A stretch of 64,000 nt of DNA. It comes from Bacteroidaceae bacterium. Lineage in GTDB: Bacteria > Pseudomonadota > Alphaproteobacteria > RF32 > CAG-239. Shown one piece after another: positions 19,304 to 28,725 of this stretch. The stretch is taken from the NCBI GenBank assembly GCA_963641885.1, contig CAVIDY010000008.1, positions 1,398-65,397 of the forward strand. Direction: 5' to 3'. Within the stretch, counting starts at the first letter, position 1. Every line of letters starts with the position of its first letter. The notes under the pieces were generated by a model. That model was not told the origin of the DNA. It ran no database searches and was given only the letters and a program-made list of their open reading frames with translations. The translations under genes and the position numbers were made by a program.

Positions 19304-20550
19304 TAACGTCGTGCCATTTTCATAGAACCATTATCGGAGGTGACTAAGCAAGACTGTTTGCTGCGTTTCATGGTTTTGCAAATAGCATTGGCATCGTTTT
19401 TAGCTAAGCCGATAACTTTAGAACGGTAAATTGTTCGATTTTCTGATTGTGCTTTTTCAACTTTAATGTCATGAACCGCATATTTTTTAGCCAATTTGTT
19501 TTTAACGGTTAAAGCATAGTTGCGGGCGCGCTGATAGTCGGAAAAAGAACCGACTTGAACAGCATAACGACCGTTAGTAATTGCTGCAGCGGTTTGTACG
19601 GCTTTTGCCGACGGTTTAGCCGAAGCTTTGGCTATGCGTGCGGTTTGTGCTTTTACCGGAGTTTTCTTTTGTATTGCGGCAGTACGCTGTTGTTTTGGCG
19701 CGGCAACAGTTTTGCCGTTGATTTCATTAGTCAGCATAGCAACATCAATTTCACCTTCCTGCTGCATGCGGGTCAGTCCTTTATCCATCATTTTAGAAAC
19801 TTTTTTATCGCGTTCGCCAACGCTGTTGTGTCCCATGGTTACGGCAATTACGCGTTTGCCTGAACGTTTTGCCGAGGTGATAATATTGTATCCTGATGCC
19901 GCGGTATAGCCGGTTTTCATGCCGTCTGCGCCGGCAAAAGTTTTGAGAATATAATTATGTCCGCCGATAGTTTTTCCTTTGTATTGAAAGCTTTTTGCCG
20001 AAAACCATTTATAGTATTGCGGAAAATGGTGATATACAGCCATTGCTAAAACCGCCATATCGCGGGCAGTGGTTTTTTGCTGTTTGTTAGGCAAGCCGGA
20101 AGCGTTTTTAAATGTGGTGTGGTTCATTCCCAATTTGTGCGCAGTATCGGTCATTAACACGGCAAAATCAGCCTCGCTGGCAGAAAAATGTTCGGCTAAA
20201 ACAGTGGCGCAGTCATTTGCCGATTTTACAATAACTGCCATAATTGCGTCTTTTACGGTAATGGTTTCTCCGGCGCGCAAGCCAAGTCGAGAAGGAGAGC
20301 GATTTGCCGCAGTGCGTGAAACTTTTAGTTTGTCGGTGAGTTTTATGTGATTGTTTTCAAGAGCATTAAATGTGATGTACAAGGTCATCAACTTGGTTAA
20401 TGATGCCGGATAACGGCGTTCATCAGCGTTCATTTCATACATAACATCGCCGTTTTGAGCATCTATCATAATTGACGAAACCGAAGCATTTGCCGCGATT
20501 GTGTGCAGCATTGCTGAAAACAAAATACATAAAAACGCAAATTTTTTCAC
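19303..20550 (-). CDS. D-alanyl-D-alanine carboxypeptidase (S11) with C-terminal SPOR domain
   Basis: Signal peptide. SLTK (SxxK), SAND (SxN) and KTGYT motifs. C-terminal YAVQVGSFSDYQRARNYA is SPOR-like. Confidence 0.8.
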   Translation of the reverse strand: MKKFAFLCILFSAMLHTIAANASVSSIMIDAQNGDVMYEMNADERRYPASLTKLMTLYITFNALENNHIKLTDKLKVSRTAANRSPSRLGLRAGETITVKDAIMAVIVKSANDCATVLAEHFSASEADFAVLMTDTAHKLGMNHTTFKNASGLPNKQQKTTARDMAVLAMAVYHHFPQYYKWFSAKSFQYKGKTIGGHNYILKTFAGADGMKTGYTAASGYNIITSAKRSGKRVIAVTMGHNSVGERDKKVSKMMDKGLTRMQQEGEIDVAMLTNEINGKTVAAPKQQRTAAIQKKTPVKAQTARIAKASAKPSAKAVQTAAAITNGRYAVQVGSFSDYQRARNYALTVKNKLAKKYAVHDIKVEKAQSENRTIYRSKVIGLAKNDANAICKTMKRSKQSCLVTSDNGSMKMARR

Positions 20551-20711
20551 TACTTTATCCTCTGGATTTTTATATTACATATACAATATTCGTTAAAAGG
20601 TAAAAAATAGTTAAGATTGAAAAGTATTTGGCAGAAAGATTTTTTTATTTTTTGAAACTTTGATATTGACTTTTGGCAGGTTTAATTGTATTAACAACTT
20701 TGTCACCCAAT

Positions 20712-20789
20712 GGCGGATGTAGCTCAGTTGGTTAGAGCGCTGGTTTGTGGTACCAGATGTCGTGAGTTCGAATCTCATCATCCGCCCCA
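20712..20789 (+). tRNA. tRNA-His (anticodon GTG) with encoded G-1, C73 and CCA
   Basis: Manual cloverleaf. Acceptor GCGGATG/CATCCGC; D arm GCTC..GAGC; anticodon stem CTGGT/ACCAG with loop TTGTGGT. T arm GTGAG-TTCGAAT-CTCAT; extra 5' G opposite C73. Confidence 0.9.
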
Positions 20790-20796
20790 ATTAAAA

Positions 20797-20824
20797 AAGC
20801 TCGCTTTTAAGCGGGCTTTTTCAT
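20797..20824 (+). terminator. rho-independent terminator after tRNA-His
   Basis: AGCTCGC-TTTTA-AGCGGGCT hairpin followed by a T-run. Confidence 0.6.
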
Positions 20825-20904
20825 TTAGACAGCATTTATGTTGAGGCAAATTTAAAAGCAATATCCCTTAACAAGCGGAGCTTAATTAAGGGATATTGAT
20901 TAAA

Positions 20905-21381
20905 TCAGAAGTTCTTGTGCTGGTTAATCAGATATTCGATTAACTCGTTAGTGTCATAGACTTTTCCGACAAGATGTAAATAGTAATCATAACCAAAGCA
21001 TTCTTTGTAGATAAGCCCGTCAAACTGGCAGAGCACAGAAGTGTTGACAGGAGTATAAAGCACAAAGTCGTTTCTATTGCAAAATAGAAAACGTACTTTG
21101 CCGTTTAACTTCTCGTTTTCAACCATACGATAAATGGTGTGGAAGAGCTTATAGACCTCTTGAATAGCCCATTCGTCAGCATCAGCAAATTCTTTATCAT
21201 ATTTGACAATGAGCAAATATAAGACACGAGTTCTGCCTAGAGAAAGTTCTTTAACAGACACTTCCACATATGAAGGACAAACTGACTTGACTTTAAGCAA
21301 AAGTTCTTCAATAATTTCCTTTGTCATAACAGAATAATTTAAATGAGACATAAATGTAAATACTATGCTCCAATAATGCAC
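20905..21381 (-). CDS. hypothetical protein (orphan)
   Basis: ORF of up to 158 aa. The real start may be the internal Met at 21351 or 21327 (MTKEIIEELL). No recognisable motif. Confidence 0.45.
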   Translation of the reverse strand: MHYWSIVFTFMSHLNYSVMTKEIIEELLLKVKSVCPSYVEVSVKELSLGRTRVLYLLIVKYDKEFADADEWAIQEVYKLFHTIYRMVENEKLNGKVRFLFCNRNDFVLYTPVNTSVLCQFDGLIYKECFGYDYYLHLVGKVYDTNELIEYLINQHKNF

Positions 21382-21407
21382 TTTAACGGGATTTTTGTCA
21401 AGTTACT

Positions 21408-22799
21408 TTATTTGCCGACAAGAATATTGCTGAAGAGTTCGTGCACAGTCGGAATATGTCCATTAGCGTAAAGCGGATCGCTGCCAAAACGATACACATT
21501 GTGACCAGCAAAGGCTAGGTTGTTTTGCACATCGCCGTTGTGTCCGATTTCCATTAAAGTATGATGAATGCAATAGGTGCGCGGGTCGGGGATTTTGCCA
21601 GTTGTTCCGTTGGCGCGCGACCAGCAGGAGAATTGACATTGCGACAAACAGCCGACACAATGCGCGCGTTGCTGCTGCATTTCCTGCCATTCGCTTGGAG
21701 TTAAAAAAACCAAAGTCGAATCCGGAGTTTCTTTGATGATTGTATAACCAGCTTGCTGTTGTTCTTTTATATGTTTTTGCGCGGTTGAGGCAACATAAAC
21801 AGTTTTAGCCTCTGAAATAGCCACAGGCGTGTTTAGTTCGGTCGTTGCCTGCAAACTATACGGAATTTCAGCAGCTTTACGGCGCATCAAATTAGCTAAA
21901 AAGTTGTTTTTTATGGCTGAAGAATAAAAGCCGGTCGGGCTGAATTTCTGCAAGATAACATCGCCTTTTTGGGTGTTAAGCATAAGTTTTTTCCATGCGT
22001 CGCTAGTCGGACTTTCTTTGGTAATCATCGGACGGGTGCCAAATTGAAAAGCCACATTTCCCAATTCCGGATTATTTATATAGTCTTGCCAATCAGCCAA
22101 ACTCCATACACCGCCAGCGATGATTATCGGAAGTTCCGGCAAGCCCAAGTCAGTCAAAGCTTTGCGCAAAGCGACAAGTCTTTCGTATGGACGTTGTGGT
22201 TCCAATGGATTTTCGGCATTTGACAATCCGTTATGTCCACCTGCCAGCCACGGGTCTTCATAAACCACACCGCCTAAAAATTCGGCGTAGTTTTTAAACG
22301 AGCGTTTCCACAAAATCTGCATAGCTCTTGCCGATGAGATAATTGGATAATAATAAACGCCGTGTGTTGAGGCTATTGCGCCCAGATTGTATGGCAGACC
22401 GGCACCGCAGGTTACACCGTGTATAAGACCTTTAGCGCCTTCTAAAACACGGGTAATAACTTCTTCGGAGTCTGCCATTTCCCACAGCATATTGATGTGA
22501 ATTCTGCCGTTGCCGCCGGCAATTTCGTGGGCAATCTGCGCCTGTGAAATTCCTCCTTTTACGGCGTATTCCACCATTTCACGATGGCGTTTTTCCCGAA
22601 TCTTTTCATTAAACAATTCCGGAATTTCATTGCCGTTTTTATCCAAAGCCGTCGGGCTGACCATAGAAATGGTGCCGACTCCGCCTTCTTTTGCCCAAGC
22701 ACCCGAACTTTTGCCGTCGGTGCCGTTAATGCCTTTTCCGCCTTCAACAAGCGGGAAAACTTCAGCGCCGGATAATTTTATTTTATGGAGTTCTTTCAT
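21408..22799 (-). CDS. nitronate monooxygenase / NPD-family FMN oxidoreductase
   Basis: TIM-barrel NPD-like pattern (GVTCGAGLP, IIAGGVW) plus a Cys-rich C-terminal extension (CVGCLSQCQFSCW). Confidence 0.7.
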   Translation of the reverse strand: MKELHKIKLSGAEVFPLVEGGKGINGTDGKSSGAWAKEGGVGTISMVSPTALDKNGNEIPELFNEKIREKRHREMVEYAVKGGISQAQIAHEIAGGNGRIHINMLWEMADSEEVITRVLEGAKGLIHGVTCGAGLPYNLGAIASTHGVYYYPIISSARAMQILWKRSFKNYAEFLGGVVYEDPWLAGGHNGLSNAENPLEPQRPYERLVALRKALTDLGLPELPIIIAGGVWSLADWQDYINNPELGNVAFQFGTRPMITKESPTSDAWKKLMLNTQKGDVILQKFSPTGFYSSAIKNNFLANLMRRKAAEIPYSLQATTELNTPVAISEAKTVYVASTAQKHIKEQQQAGYTIIKETPDSTLVFLTPSEWQEMQQQRAHCVGCLSQCQFSCWSRANGTTGKIPDPRTYCIHHTLMEIGHNGDVQNNLAFAGHNVYRFGSDPLYANGHIPTVHELFSNILVGK

Positions 22800-22906
22800 C
22801 AGTTCCTCTATTTCTAAAATTTAACTGATGAGAATATAAGACTATTTGCGAAAAAAATAAAGTAGGCACTTTTAAGTGGTATAGTTTCTTAAAGGAAACA
22901 AATGAA

Positions 22907-24367
22907 CTATTCAGCCAATTTAAATAAATCAAAAGTCAGATTATTTAGCGACAAAAAAGCGATTATAAGACAGATAAACGCATAAATTTGCAGCATGCTC
23001 AAAATATTTTGATTTTTGGTTTCGGGAATGTATTGCGGAATAAGCGCAAGCAGCTTGTTAATTCCTGCCGCGGTAAACAGAATTATTATTATCTGAATGA
23101 AAATTCCCAACTCTTTTAAGGCAACGGCAAAAGGAGTTATCAACTTGAATAAAAAAGTAAAAAATAATAAATAGAGCGCTAAAAATATGTAATACCCTTT
23201 ATGCATGAGCAATTTTAAGTTTTCTTGATGTTGCTGCTTTGCTTTAATTTTGTCGGAAGTAAGCTCTGAAACATCAACTCCGCGAATCGTTTGAGGCTCG
23301 GTTTGCTGCTTTTTTAAATTATTCAGATTGGCTTTAAGTTTTTCATTTATCATACAAAGCCCGCAGCCTTTAGGCGTAAAATATATGTGGTTGTGGTCTT
23401 TTTTGCATTGATAATGATGTTCTTTTTGCAACATATAGGCTAAGCGGTCCTGCCATTCCAAAGCGGTTGGACGCTCATTGCCTTTGGTGAAAGCACGCTC
23501 AAACAAAGTCATGGTTGCTTTGTCAAAATAGTCGTGCATACTGTAAGGGTGGGGTGCCTGATAGGTATCAGGCCAAATTCCATAAGCATAGTGATAGCCG
23601 GCAATACGCTCCTGAATGGAAAGCATTGCTTCTTTTTTGTTGCGCGGAGTACCGGAAAATGGGTGAATACCATCGTTTAATAATTTGAAAATGATAACGG
23701 CTAGGGCAAATTTATCTTGCTCTTCGCCCATGTTTTCACAAGTTTCATTCAAGCCTTCAGGATAAATGTATTCTTCACTGACATATTCTGCCGGATAGCG
23801 CGCGCCATTTTCTCCTTTAATGGAAAAACCATCGCAATCAAACATGGCAACCAGCATATTTTCTTTATAAATAGAAACGTTGGAGGGTTTTAGGTCTATG
23901 ATATAGTGTCCGCAGGCGTGTAGAGCCGCCACTACCGAGGTGATGTTAAACGCGGCAAACACACGGTTGATATAAAGTTCGGTCAAACCCAGCTTGCGGC
24001 GCACGGCCTTTTGAATTAAATAGTCCAAAGAAACCGCTTGCTCGGTGTCTATCAGCGGCATTAAATAGCCCATGCAGTAGCCCTGCTTATCTTCAAGCAA
24101 AGCAACTGGCCAAGCAATTTGGATATATTCCACGCCTTTGTCTTTGATGGTTGGAATATCCGGCTTGTTGTGCAGCATGGCTTCCAGCTTTTTACGGTTG
24201 CTTTCGCTTTTACTGCGTTCGTGAAAGATTTTTGCCACAATCTTTGGTTGACCAGCAACTTCAAATATTTTGCCGGCGGCACCGCCTTTATTAAGCATTT
24301 TGCCTAACGTGATTTCTTCATGCTTTCCGTCTGGATATAAGGCTAAATATGTCAAATCTTCAGTCAT
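22907..24367 (-). CDS. Ser/Thr protein kinase with zinc-ribbon-like CxxC pairs and 3 C-terminal TM helices (TerY-P triad kinase)
   Basis: GGAAGKIF G-loop, VAKIF Lys, IIDLKPSNV catalytic loop and FDCDGF. The TAATG overlap with the PP2C stop supports the ATG at 24367. Confidence 0.8.
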   Translation of the reverse strand: MTEDLTYLALYPDGKHEEITLGKMLNKGGAAGKIFEVAGQPKIVAKIFHERSKSESNRKKLEAMLHNKPDIPTIKDKGVEYIQIAWPVALLEDKQGYCMGYLMPLIDTEQAVSLDYLIQKAVRRKLGLTELYINRVFAAFNITSVVAALHACGHYIIDLKPSNVSIYKENMLVAMFDCDGFSIKGENGARYPAEYVSEEYIYPEGLNETCENMGEEQDKFALAVIIFKLLNDGIHPFSGTPRNKKEAMLSIQERIAGYHYAYGIWPDTYQAPHPYSMHDYFDKATMTLFERAFTKGNERPTALEWQDRLAYMLQKEHHYQCKKDHNHIYFTPKGCGLCMINEKLKANLNNLKKQQTEPQTIRGVDVSELTSDKIKAKQQHQENLKLLMHKGYYIFLALYLLFFTFLFKLITPFAVALKELGIFIQIIIILFTAAGINKLLALIPQYIPETKNQNILSMLQIYAFICLIIAFLSLNNLTFDLFKLAE

Positions 24368-25113
24368 TACAGTTTTGCCCACAAAATTGTTTTATCGTCA
24401 GAGTTGATGCGTTGTGCGCGGTTATTGCTTAAAGTGTTGCGCAGAGCTTCAACAGCATGGGTTTTGCGCGGTTCGTTTTCCAAATATTCAATAACCGGAA
24501 TTAAAAAGTTGCGGTGGATTTTATAGAAATCACCGGAAAAAGCAAAGCCGGTAACACCATCGGTCATCAGCAAAATACGGTTGGCGTTTTCAAAGTCGGT
24601 AAAACGCAGGCTGTCTTGCCAGTCGTCCATGGTGTAAAAGTAGGTTTCGCAAGAAAAAGCGCCGTTTTCCGGTTCGGATATAACAAAATTGCCGTATTCG
24701 CCGTTTTTGAAGGCAATGCCCGCGCCGTCGCCGATGTGGAAAAACACGCCTTTGTTTTTTTGATAGAACACACCGACAATCGTTGCTGAAAAATTAACTA
24801 ATCCGGCGCTGTTTTTACTGTTATTGTTTTTGTGCAGTATAAGTTTTTGGCGGGCAATGTTTATGGCATTAGCTACATCATCGCGAATCGAAGAAATATC
24901 AGACTTTATCAGTAAATCACACAAAGTATCGCAAATTATTTTAGCGCCGATTTTGCTGTATTTTGCCGAGCCGGCTCCGTCGGAAACCACGGCAACCAGT
25001 TTATTTTTGGCAGAGCGGGCACGACTGTAATCCTGACACGGCAAACCCAGCGACTTGTGCAGGCTGCCGCGGATACTGGTGGATAGTACGTGTATACGCT
25101 CTTGTTGTTTCAT
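24367..25113 (-). CDS. PP2C-family protein phosphatase (TerY-P triad)
   Basis: VVSDGAGSA and LLMTDGV metal-binding Asp motifs. Start directly abuts the vWA stop. Confidence 0.75.
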   Translation of the reverse strand: MKQQERIHVLSTSIRGSLHKSLGLPCQDYSRARSAKNKLVAVVSDGAGSAKYSKIGAKIICDTLCDLLIKSDISSIRDDVANAINIARQKLILHKNNNSKNSAGLVNFSATIVGVFYQKNKGVFFHIGDGAGIAFKNGEYGNFVISEPENGAFSCETYFYTMDDWQDSLRFTDFENANRILLMTDGVTGFAFSGDFYKIHRNFLIPVIEYLENEPRKTHAVEALRNTLSNNRAQRINSDDKTILWAKL

Positions 25114-25797
25114 CTAGTTTTTCTTTTCATTCCAGTCGTTGATGTCGTCCAAATAGTGATTGGCGTTTGGAGCTGCTTTAGAGATGCAGGAAACGCTGCG
25201 GCTCAGCCATAAGAAAAATTCCGTGAACTTTAAGCCGGTTAAGCGTTTAGGCGGCAAAATGGAAAATTTAGCCAATTTTTCTAAATTAGCGCCCTGCGTG
25301 CCGATGGCGTGAATTACCACTTTTTTATTTTTTTGGGCATAGCGGCAGATTTCAGCAGATTCTTCCCAGCCGTAATCGGTTGGTTCGCCGTCGCTGATTA
25401 AAAAAATCCACGGACGTTTGGAAGTAATGCCGCAGCTGTCATATAGGCATTTTTGCTCTTCTATTTTTTGCAATGCTAATTCCATGGATTTGCCGAGCGG
25501 CGTCAATCCTCCGGCTTCCATGGTCGGAGCGCTGAAATTCATGGCGTCGGTCCAATCTGAAGTTATTTGCACTTCATCTTTGCCGAAAGCTTTGATAATG
25601 AGCAATTGTACGCGCGAACTGGCGTCAATATCGTCTTTTAATTCTTTTTCCAGCGCACTTAATCCGGCGTTAAGCTGCTTTATCGGTTCGCCGCGCATTG
25701 AGCCGGAACAATCCAAAACCAACACGCAGGGAGTTCTTTCATTAGCGTTGTCGGCAAATTCAACATAAGGAATTGTGTTATTGCTTTTTTCGGTCAT
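25114..25797 (-). CDS. von Willebrand factor A domain protein, TerY-like
   Basis: MIDAS motif VLVLDCSGSM, plus GLTPLG and FLISDGEPTD. GAAGGTG RBS. Confidence 0.8.
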   Translation of the reverse strand: MTEKSNNTIPYVEFADNANERTPCVLVLDCSGSMRGEPIKQLNAGLSALEKELKDDIDASSRVQLLIIKAFGKDEVQITSDWTDAMNFSAPTMEAGGLTPLGKSMELALQKIEEQKCLYDSCGITSKRPWIFLISDGEPTDYGWEESAEICRYAQKNKKVVIHAIGTQGANLEKLAKFSILPPKRLTGLKFTEFFLWLSRSVSCISKAAPNANHYLDDINDWNEKKN

Positions 25798-25808
25798 TTT
25801 TTCACCTT

Positions 25809-25943
25809 CTATTGATTCGGATAATTGTGCGGATAGCCGCTGCCTTCAATCGGAGACGGCAGCGAATAGCGTCCGCAGCCTGACAGAGCGCAGAAACCAG
25901 CAAGTATACAGAGAATTAACAATATTTTTTGCAAAGATTTCAT
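25809..25943 (-). CDS. 44-aa small lipoprotein (not in the ORF track)
   Basis: Manual translation: MKSLQKILLILCILAGFCALSGCGRYSLPSPIEGSGYPHNYPNQ. Lipobox LSGC. Stop is 11 nt upstream of the vWA start on the same strand. Weak RBS. Confidence 0.5.
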   Translation of the reverse strand: MKSLQKILLILCILAGFCALSGCGRYSLPSPIEGSGYPHNYPNQ

Positions 25944-26040
25944 TTTTTAACCTTTTTTTTGATGTATTTAGGATATATTTAGCACAAGTGTAGCTAAATT
26001 GGAAAACTAATTTAGTTTTTTAACAGAAAGTTGTTAAGGA

Positions 26041-26568
26041 ATGAATAAAATTTTAAGAATATGCTTGTTTTTGTTGACGGTTATTTTTTGTGCAAACAAT
26101 GAGGCGCAGGCAAAATTAAATATGTTTCCGCAGCCTCGCTATGTTCCTGATTTGAGCTTTTACGGCGACAGCGGAAAAGCGTATAAACTGAAAAACTTTG
26201 GCGCAGATTTGCTGATTGCCGTGGTTTGGTCCAGACGCTGCGGTCCGTGTTTGGCTGATTTGAAACAGCTGAATGAGTTTGCACTGGCGACGGCGGATCA
26301 GGGAATTAGGGTAATTTTAATTTCTCCTGATGGCGAATGGCGCAGCGTTGATGAAAAACGACTGTTTTTAAAAAAGTTTGGAGCGCCAAATTTAGTTAGC
26401 TATTTAGATAAAAAAGCTGGTTTTATGAATGGTATGGGCATTATGGTTACGCCGACGGCTTTGCTTATCAACAAAGAGGGATTGGAAGTCGGGCAGGTTA
26501 CCGGTGCCGTGCAATGGAGCAATCCTAAGGTTATTGACTATATGGTGCGTTTGAAAAACCGTCTTTAG
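26041..26568 (+). CDS. TlpA-like periplasmic thiol:disulfide oxidoreductase
   Basis: Signal peptide and a thioredoxin-fold CGPC motif (WSRRCGPCLADL). Confidence 0.75.
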   Translation: MNKILRICLFLLTVIFCANNEAQAKLNMFPQPRYVPDLSFYGDSGKAYKLKNFGADLLIAVVWSRRCGPCLADLKQLNEFALATADQGIRVILISPDGEWRSVDEKRLFLKKFGAPNLVSYLDKKAGFMNGMGIMVTPTALLINKEGLEVGQVTGAVQWSNPKVIDYMVRLKNRL

Positions 26569-27161
26569 TTTATGTATTTAACTGCAGCGAATCCGCCGAT
26601 TAGCAGTATCAAAAACACAACAGAGAGCCAACCGAGATTTTTTTCAATAAACACGCGCATGGTTTCGCCGTATTTTTTCAAGAGCCACGCTACAAGGAAG
26701 AATCTCATGCCGCGGGCAATTACAGAGGCAATGGTGAATACCAGCAAATTCATATGCACTACACCGCTGGCGATGGTGATGATTTTATACGGGAACGGAG
26801 TTATGCCTGCGCCGAAAACTATCCAAGCGCCATATTGATTATACAGGTCTTTAAACGAGTTGAATTTTTCGAGGTAGCCGTAAAAATTTAAGAGCGGTTC
26901 GGCTATCAGCTGGAAAAAATAAAAACCGATGGCATAGCCTAAATAAGCGCCGATAACGCTTCCGGCAGTGGCAATTCCGGCAAGGTTCCAAGCTTTTTTA
27001 GGAGCAGCTAAAATCATTGGAATCAGCATCACATCTGGCGGAATCGGAAAAAAGGAACTTTCTATAAAAGAAACGGCAAAGAGCCAATATACGGCGCCGT
27101 TTTCTTTGGACAGATGAAAGACCGCATCATAAATTTGACGCACAAATTTGCTAAACCACAT
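26565..27161 (-). CDS. DedA/YqaA family membrane protein
   Basis: FIESSFFPIPPDVMLIPM signature and multiple TM helices. Confidence 0.75.
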   Translation of the reverse strand: MWFSKFVRQIYDAVFHLSKENGAVYWLFAVSFIESSFFPIPPDVMLIPMILAAPKKAWNLAGIATAGSVIGAYLGYAIGFYFFQLIAEPLLNFYGYLEKFNSFKDLYNQYGAWIVFGAGITPFPYKIITIASGVVHMNLLVFTIASVIARGMRFFLVAWLLKKYGETMRVFIEKNLGWLSVVFLILLIGGFAAVKYIN

Positions 27162-27200
27162 AAAAGTTCCTTTGATAAATTAAAAAATCTATCAGAGAAT

Positions 27201-27830
27201 TTACTGTAAAAATTTTCGAATTTCAGCAATATCCTGTTGTCTATCCACATAAAAAATATGCGGGCGGTTCATTAGGCGCGGCACCGGCGTAAAATGTTGC
27301 CCGTATTCAACGCAAATAACATCAGGCGAGTTCTTCTCCAAATATTGGCGGGCGGCGTTTTGATTGTGCACCTCAAAACAGTTTGAATCATTAAGCTCCG
27401 GTATAAGAGTGCAAAAGCTTGGTGTGTTCGGCGAATATTTATTTAAGAGCATAATACGGTGCTGTTTGCTGCCAAGGCTGTAACTTTCTAAAATATTCAG
27501 CAATCGTTTTGCCGAATCGGCTTCACTCAGATAATGCGCCGCCTGAATGTTTTGAGATAGAGCCAGCTTTTGCGGTTTTAAAAGAATAAGTGGAAAGCGG
27601 AGGTTATGCTTGCTTAATTCTTCTAAAAGCGCGTTAGCCGGTTTGTCGTTGTGATGAACCGTGATTAAAAGTGCGTCGATTTTCAGCTCTTTAATATAGT
27701 TTAGCAAGCGAAACAAATTGTCGGTGCCAAACATTTTTATGTGGCGTTTGTTCAAAGCATTTTGCAAAATTCTTAAATTCAGGCGGCTGCGGTCAAACGC
27801 TACAATATATCCGTGCGATGTTTGTTTCAT
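27201..27830 (-). CDS. hypothetical protein, possibly a degenerate receiver-like (CheY-fold) domain
   Basis: Alternating beta/alpha pattern (YIVAFDRS...IKMFGT...DALLITVHH...PLILLK). The canonical acidic pocket/phospho-Asp residues are not evident. Confidence 0.45.
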   Translation of the reverse strand: MKQTSHGYIVAFDRSRLNLRILQNALNKRHIKMFGTDNLFRLLNYIKELKIDALLITVHHNDKPANALLEELSKHNLRFPLILLKPQKLALSQNIQAAHYLSEADSAKRLLNILESYSLGSKQHRIMLLNKYSPNTPSFCTLIPELNDSNCFEVHNQNAARQYLEKNSPDVICVEYGQHFTPVPRLMNRPHIFYVDRQQDIAEIRKFLQ

Positions 27831-27874
27831 TATATTTCTCCCATACGGAAAAATATAATCAATGTTCGGTAATT

Positions 27875-28723
27875 TTAAAGGGAAGGGTGCTGCAAAAGAT
27901 AGGCATCAACGGTGTTAGACAGCAGCATGGCAATAGTCATTGGACCGACGCCCCCCGGAACAGGAGTAATTGCCAAAGTTTTTTCTTTTACATTATCAAA
28001 ATCAATGTCGCCGCAGATTTTTCCATTATCGCGGTTTATGCCAACGTCAATCAGCACGGCATTTTCTTTTATCCAATCAGCTTTAACAAGCTTTGCTACG
28101 CCGCAGGCGGCAACAAGAATATCGGCTTTTGCCGTCAGCTCTTTGATGTTTTTGGTTTGTGCGTGGGTAATGGTGACTGTGCATTCTTGATTTAATAGTA
28201 AAGTGGCAAGCGGGCGTCCGACAATCAGGGACGCGCCGATTAAAACAACATTTTTGCCGCTTAAATTCGGCAGCACGCTTTTGATAAGCTGCATAACTCC
28301 CAGCGGAGTAGCGGCAACAAAATAGGGCTTTTCATTGTTTTGCAGCATTCCGGTGTTATAAGGGTGAAAACCGTCAACATCTTTTAGCGGTGAAATGGCG
28401 TTAATGATGCGGTTGGTGTTAAGGTGCTTAGGTAGAGGCAGCTGCACGATAATTCCGTTTATTTCAGAATCGTTGTTAAGCTGAGCAATAATTTCCAGCA
28501 GTTTTTCTTCGGAAATATTTTCATCTAAGTGATGCAGTTGAGATAAAAGACCGATTTGCGCCGCCGCTTTTTGTTTGTTGCGCACATAAATCAGGCTCGG
28601 TTCATCGTTGCCGACCAAAACAATAGCCAGTTGCGGCGCAGAAGGCAACAGAGTAATTTTTTCCTTTAAAGTATCTCTGATTTCGGCGGCGATTTTTTTG
28701 CCATCTATAATTTGTGCGGTCAT
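27875..28723 (-). CDS. folD: bifunctional methylenetetrahydrofolate dehydrogenase/cyclohydrolase FolD
   Basis: IIDGK, YVRNKQKAA, VQLPLP, GRPLA and PVPGGVGPMT motifs. Confidence 0.9.
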   Translation of the reverse strand: MTAQIIDGKKIAAEIRDTLKEKITLLPSAPQLAIVLVGNDEPSLIYVRNKQKAAAQIGLLSQLHHLDENISEEKLLEIIAQLNNDSEINGIIVQLPLPKHLNTNRIINAISPLKDVDGFHPYNTGMLQNNEKPYFVAATPLGVMQLIKSVLPNLSGKNVVLIGASLIVGRPLATLLLNQECTVTITHAQTKNIKELTAKADILVAACGVAKLVKADWIKENAVLIDVGINRDNGKICGDIDFDNVKEKTLAITPVPGGVGPMTIAMLLSNTVDAYLLQHPSL

Positions 28724-28725
28724 TA

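Noticed and set aside
20790-25997. Genomic island integrated at tRNA-His, carrying the orphan gene, the NMO-like oxidoreductase and the TerY-P triad.
   Set aside because: I see no integrase or recombinase gene, and no direct repeat of the tRNA 3' end downstream. Adjacency to a tRNA alone is not evidence of an island.
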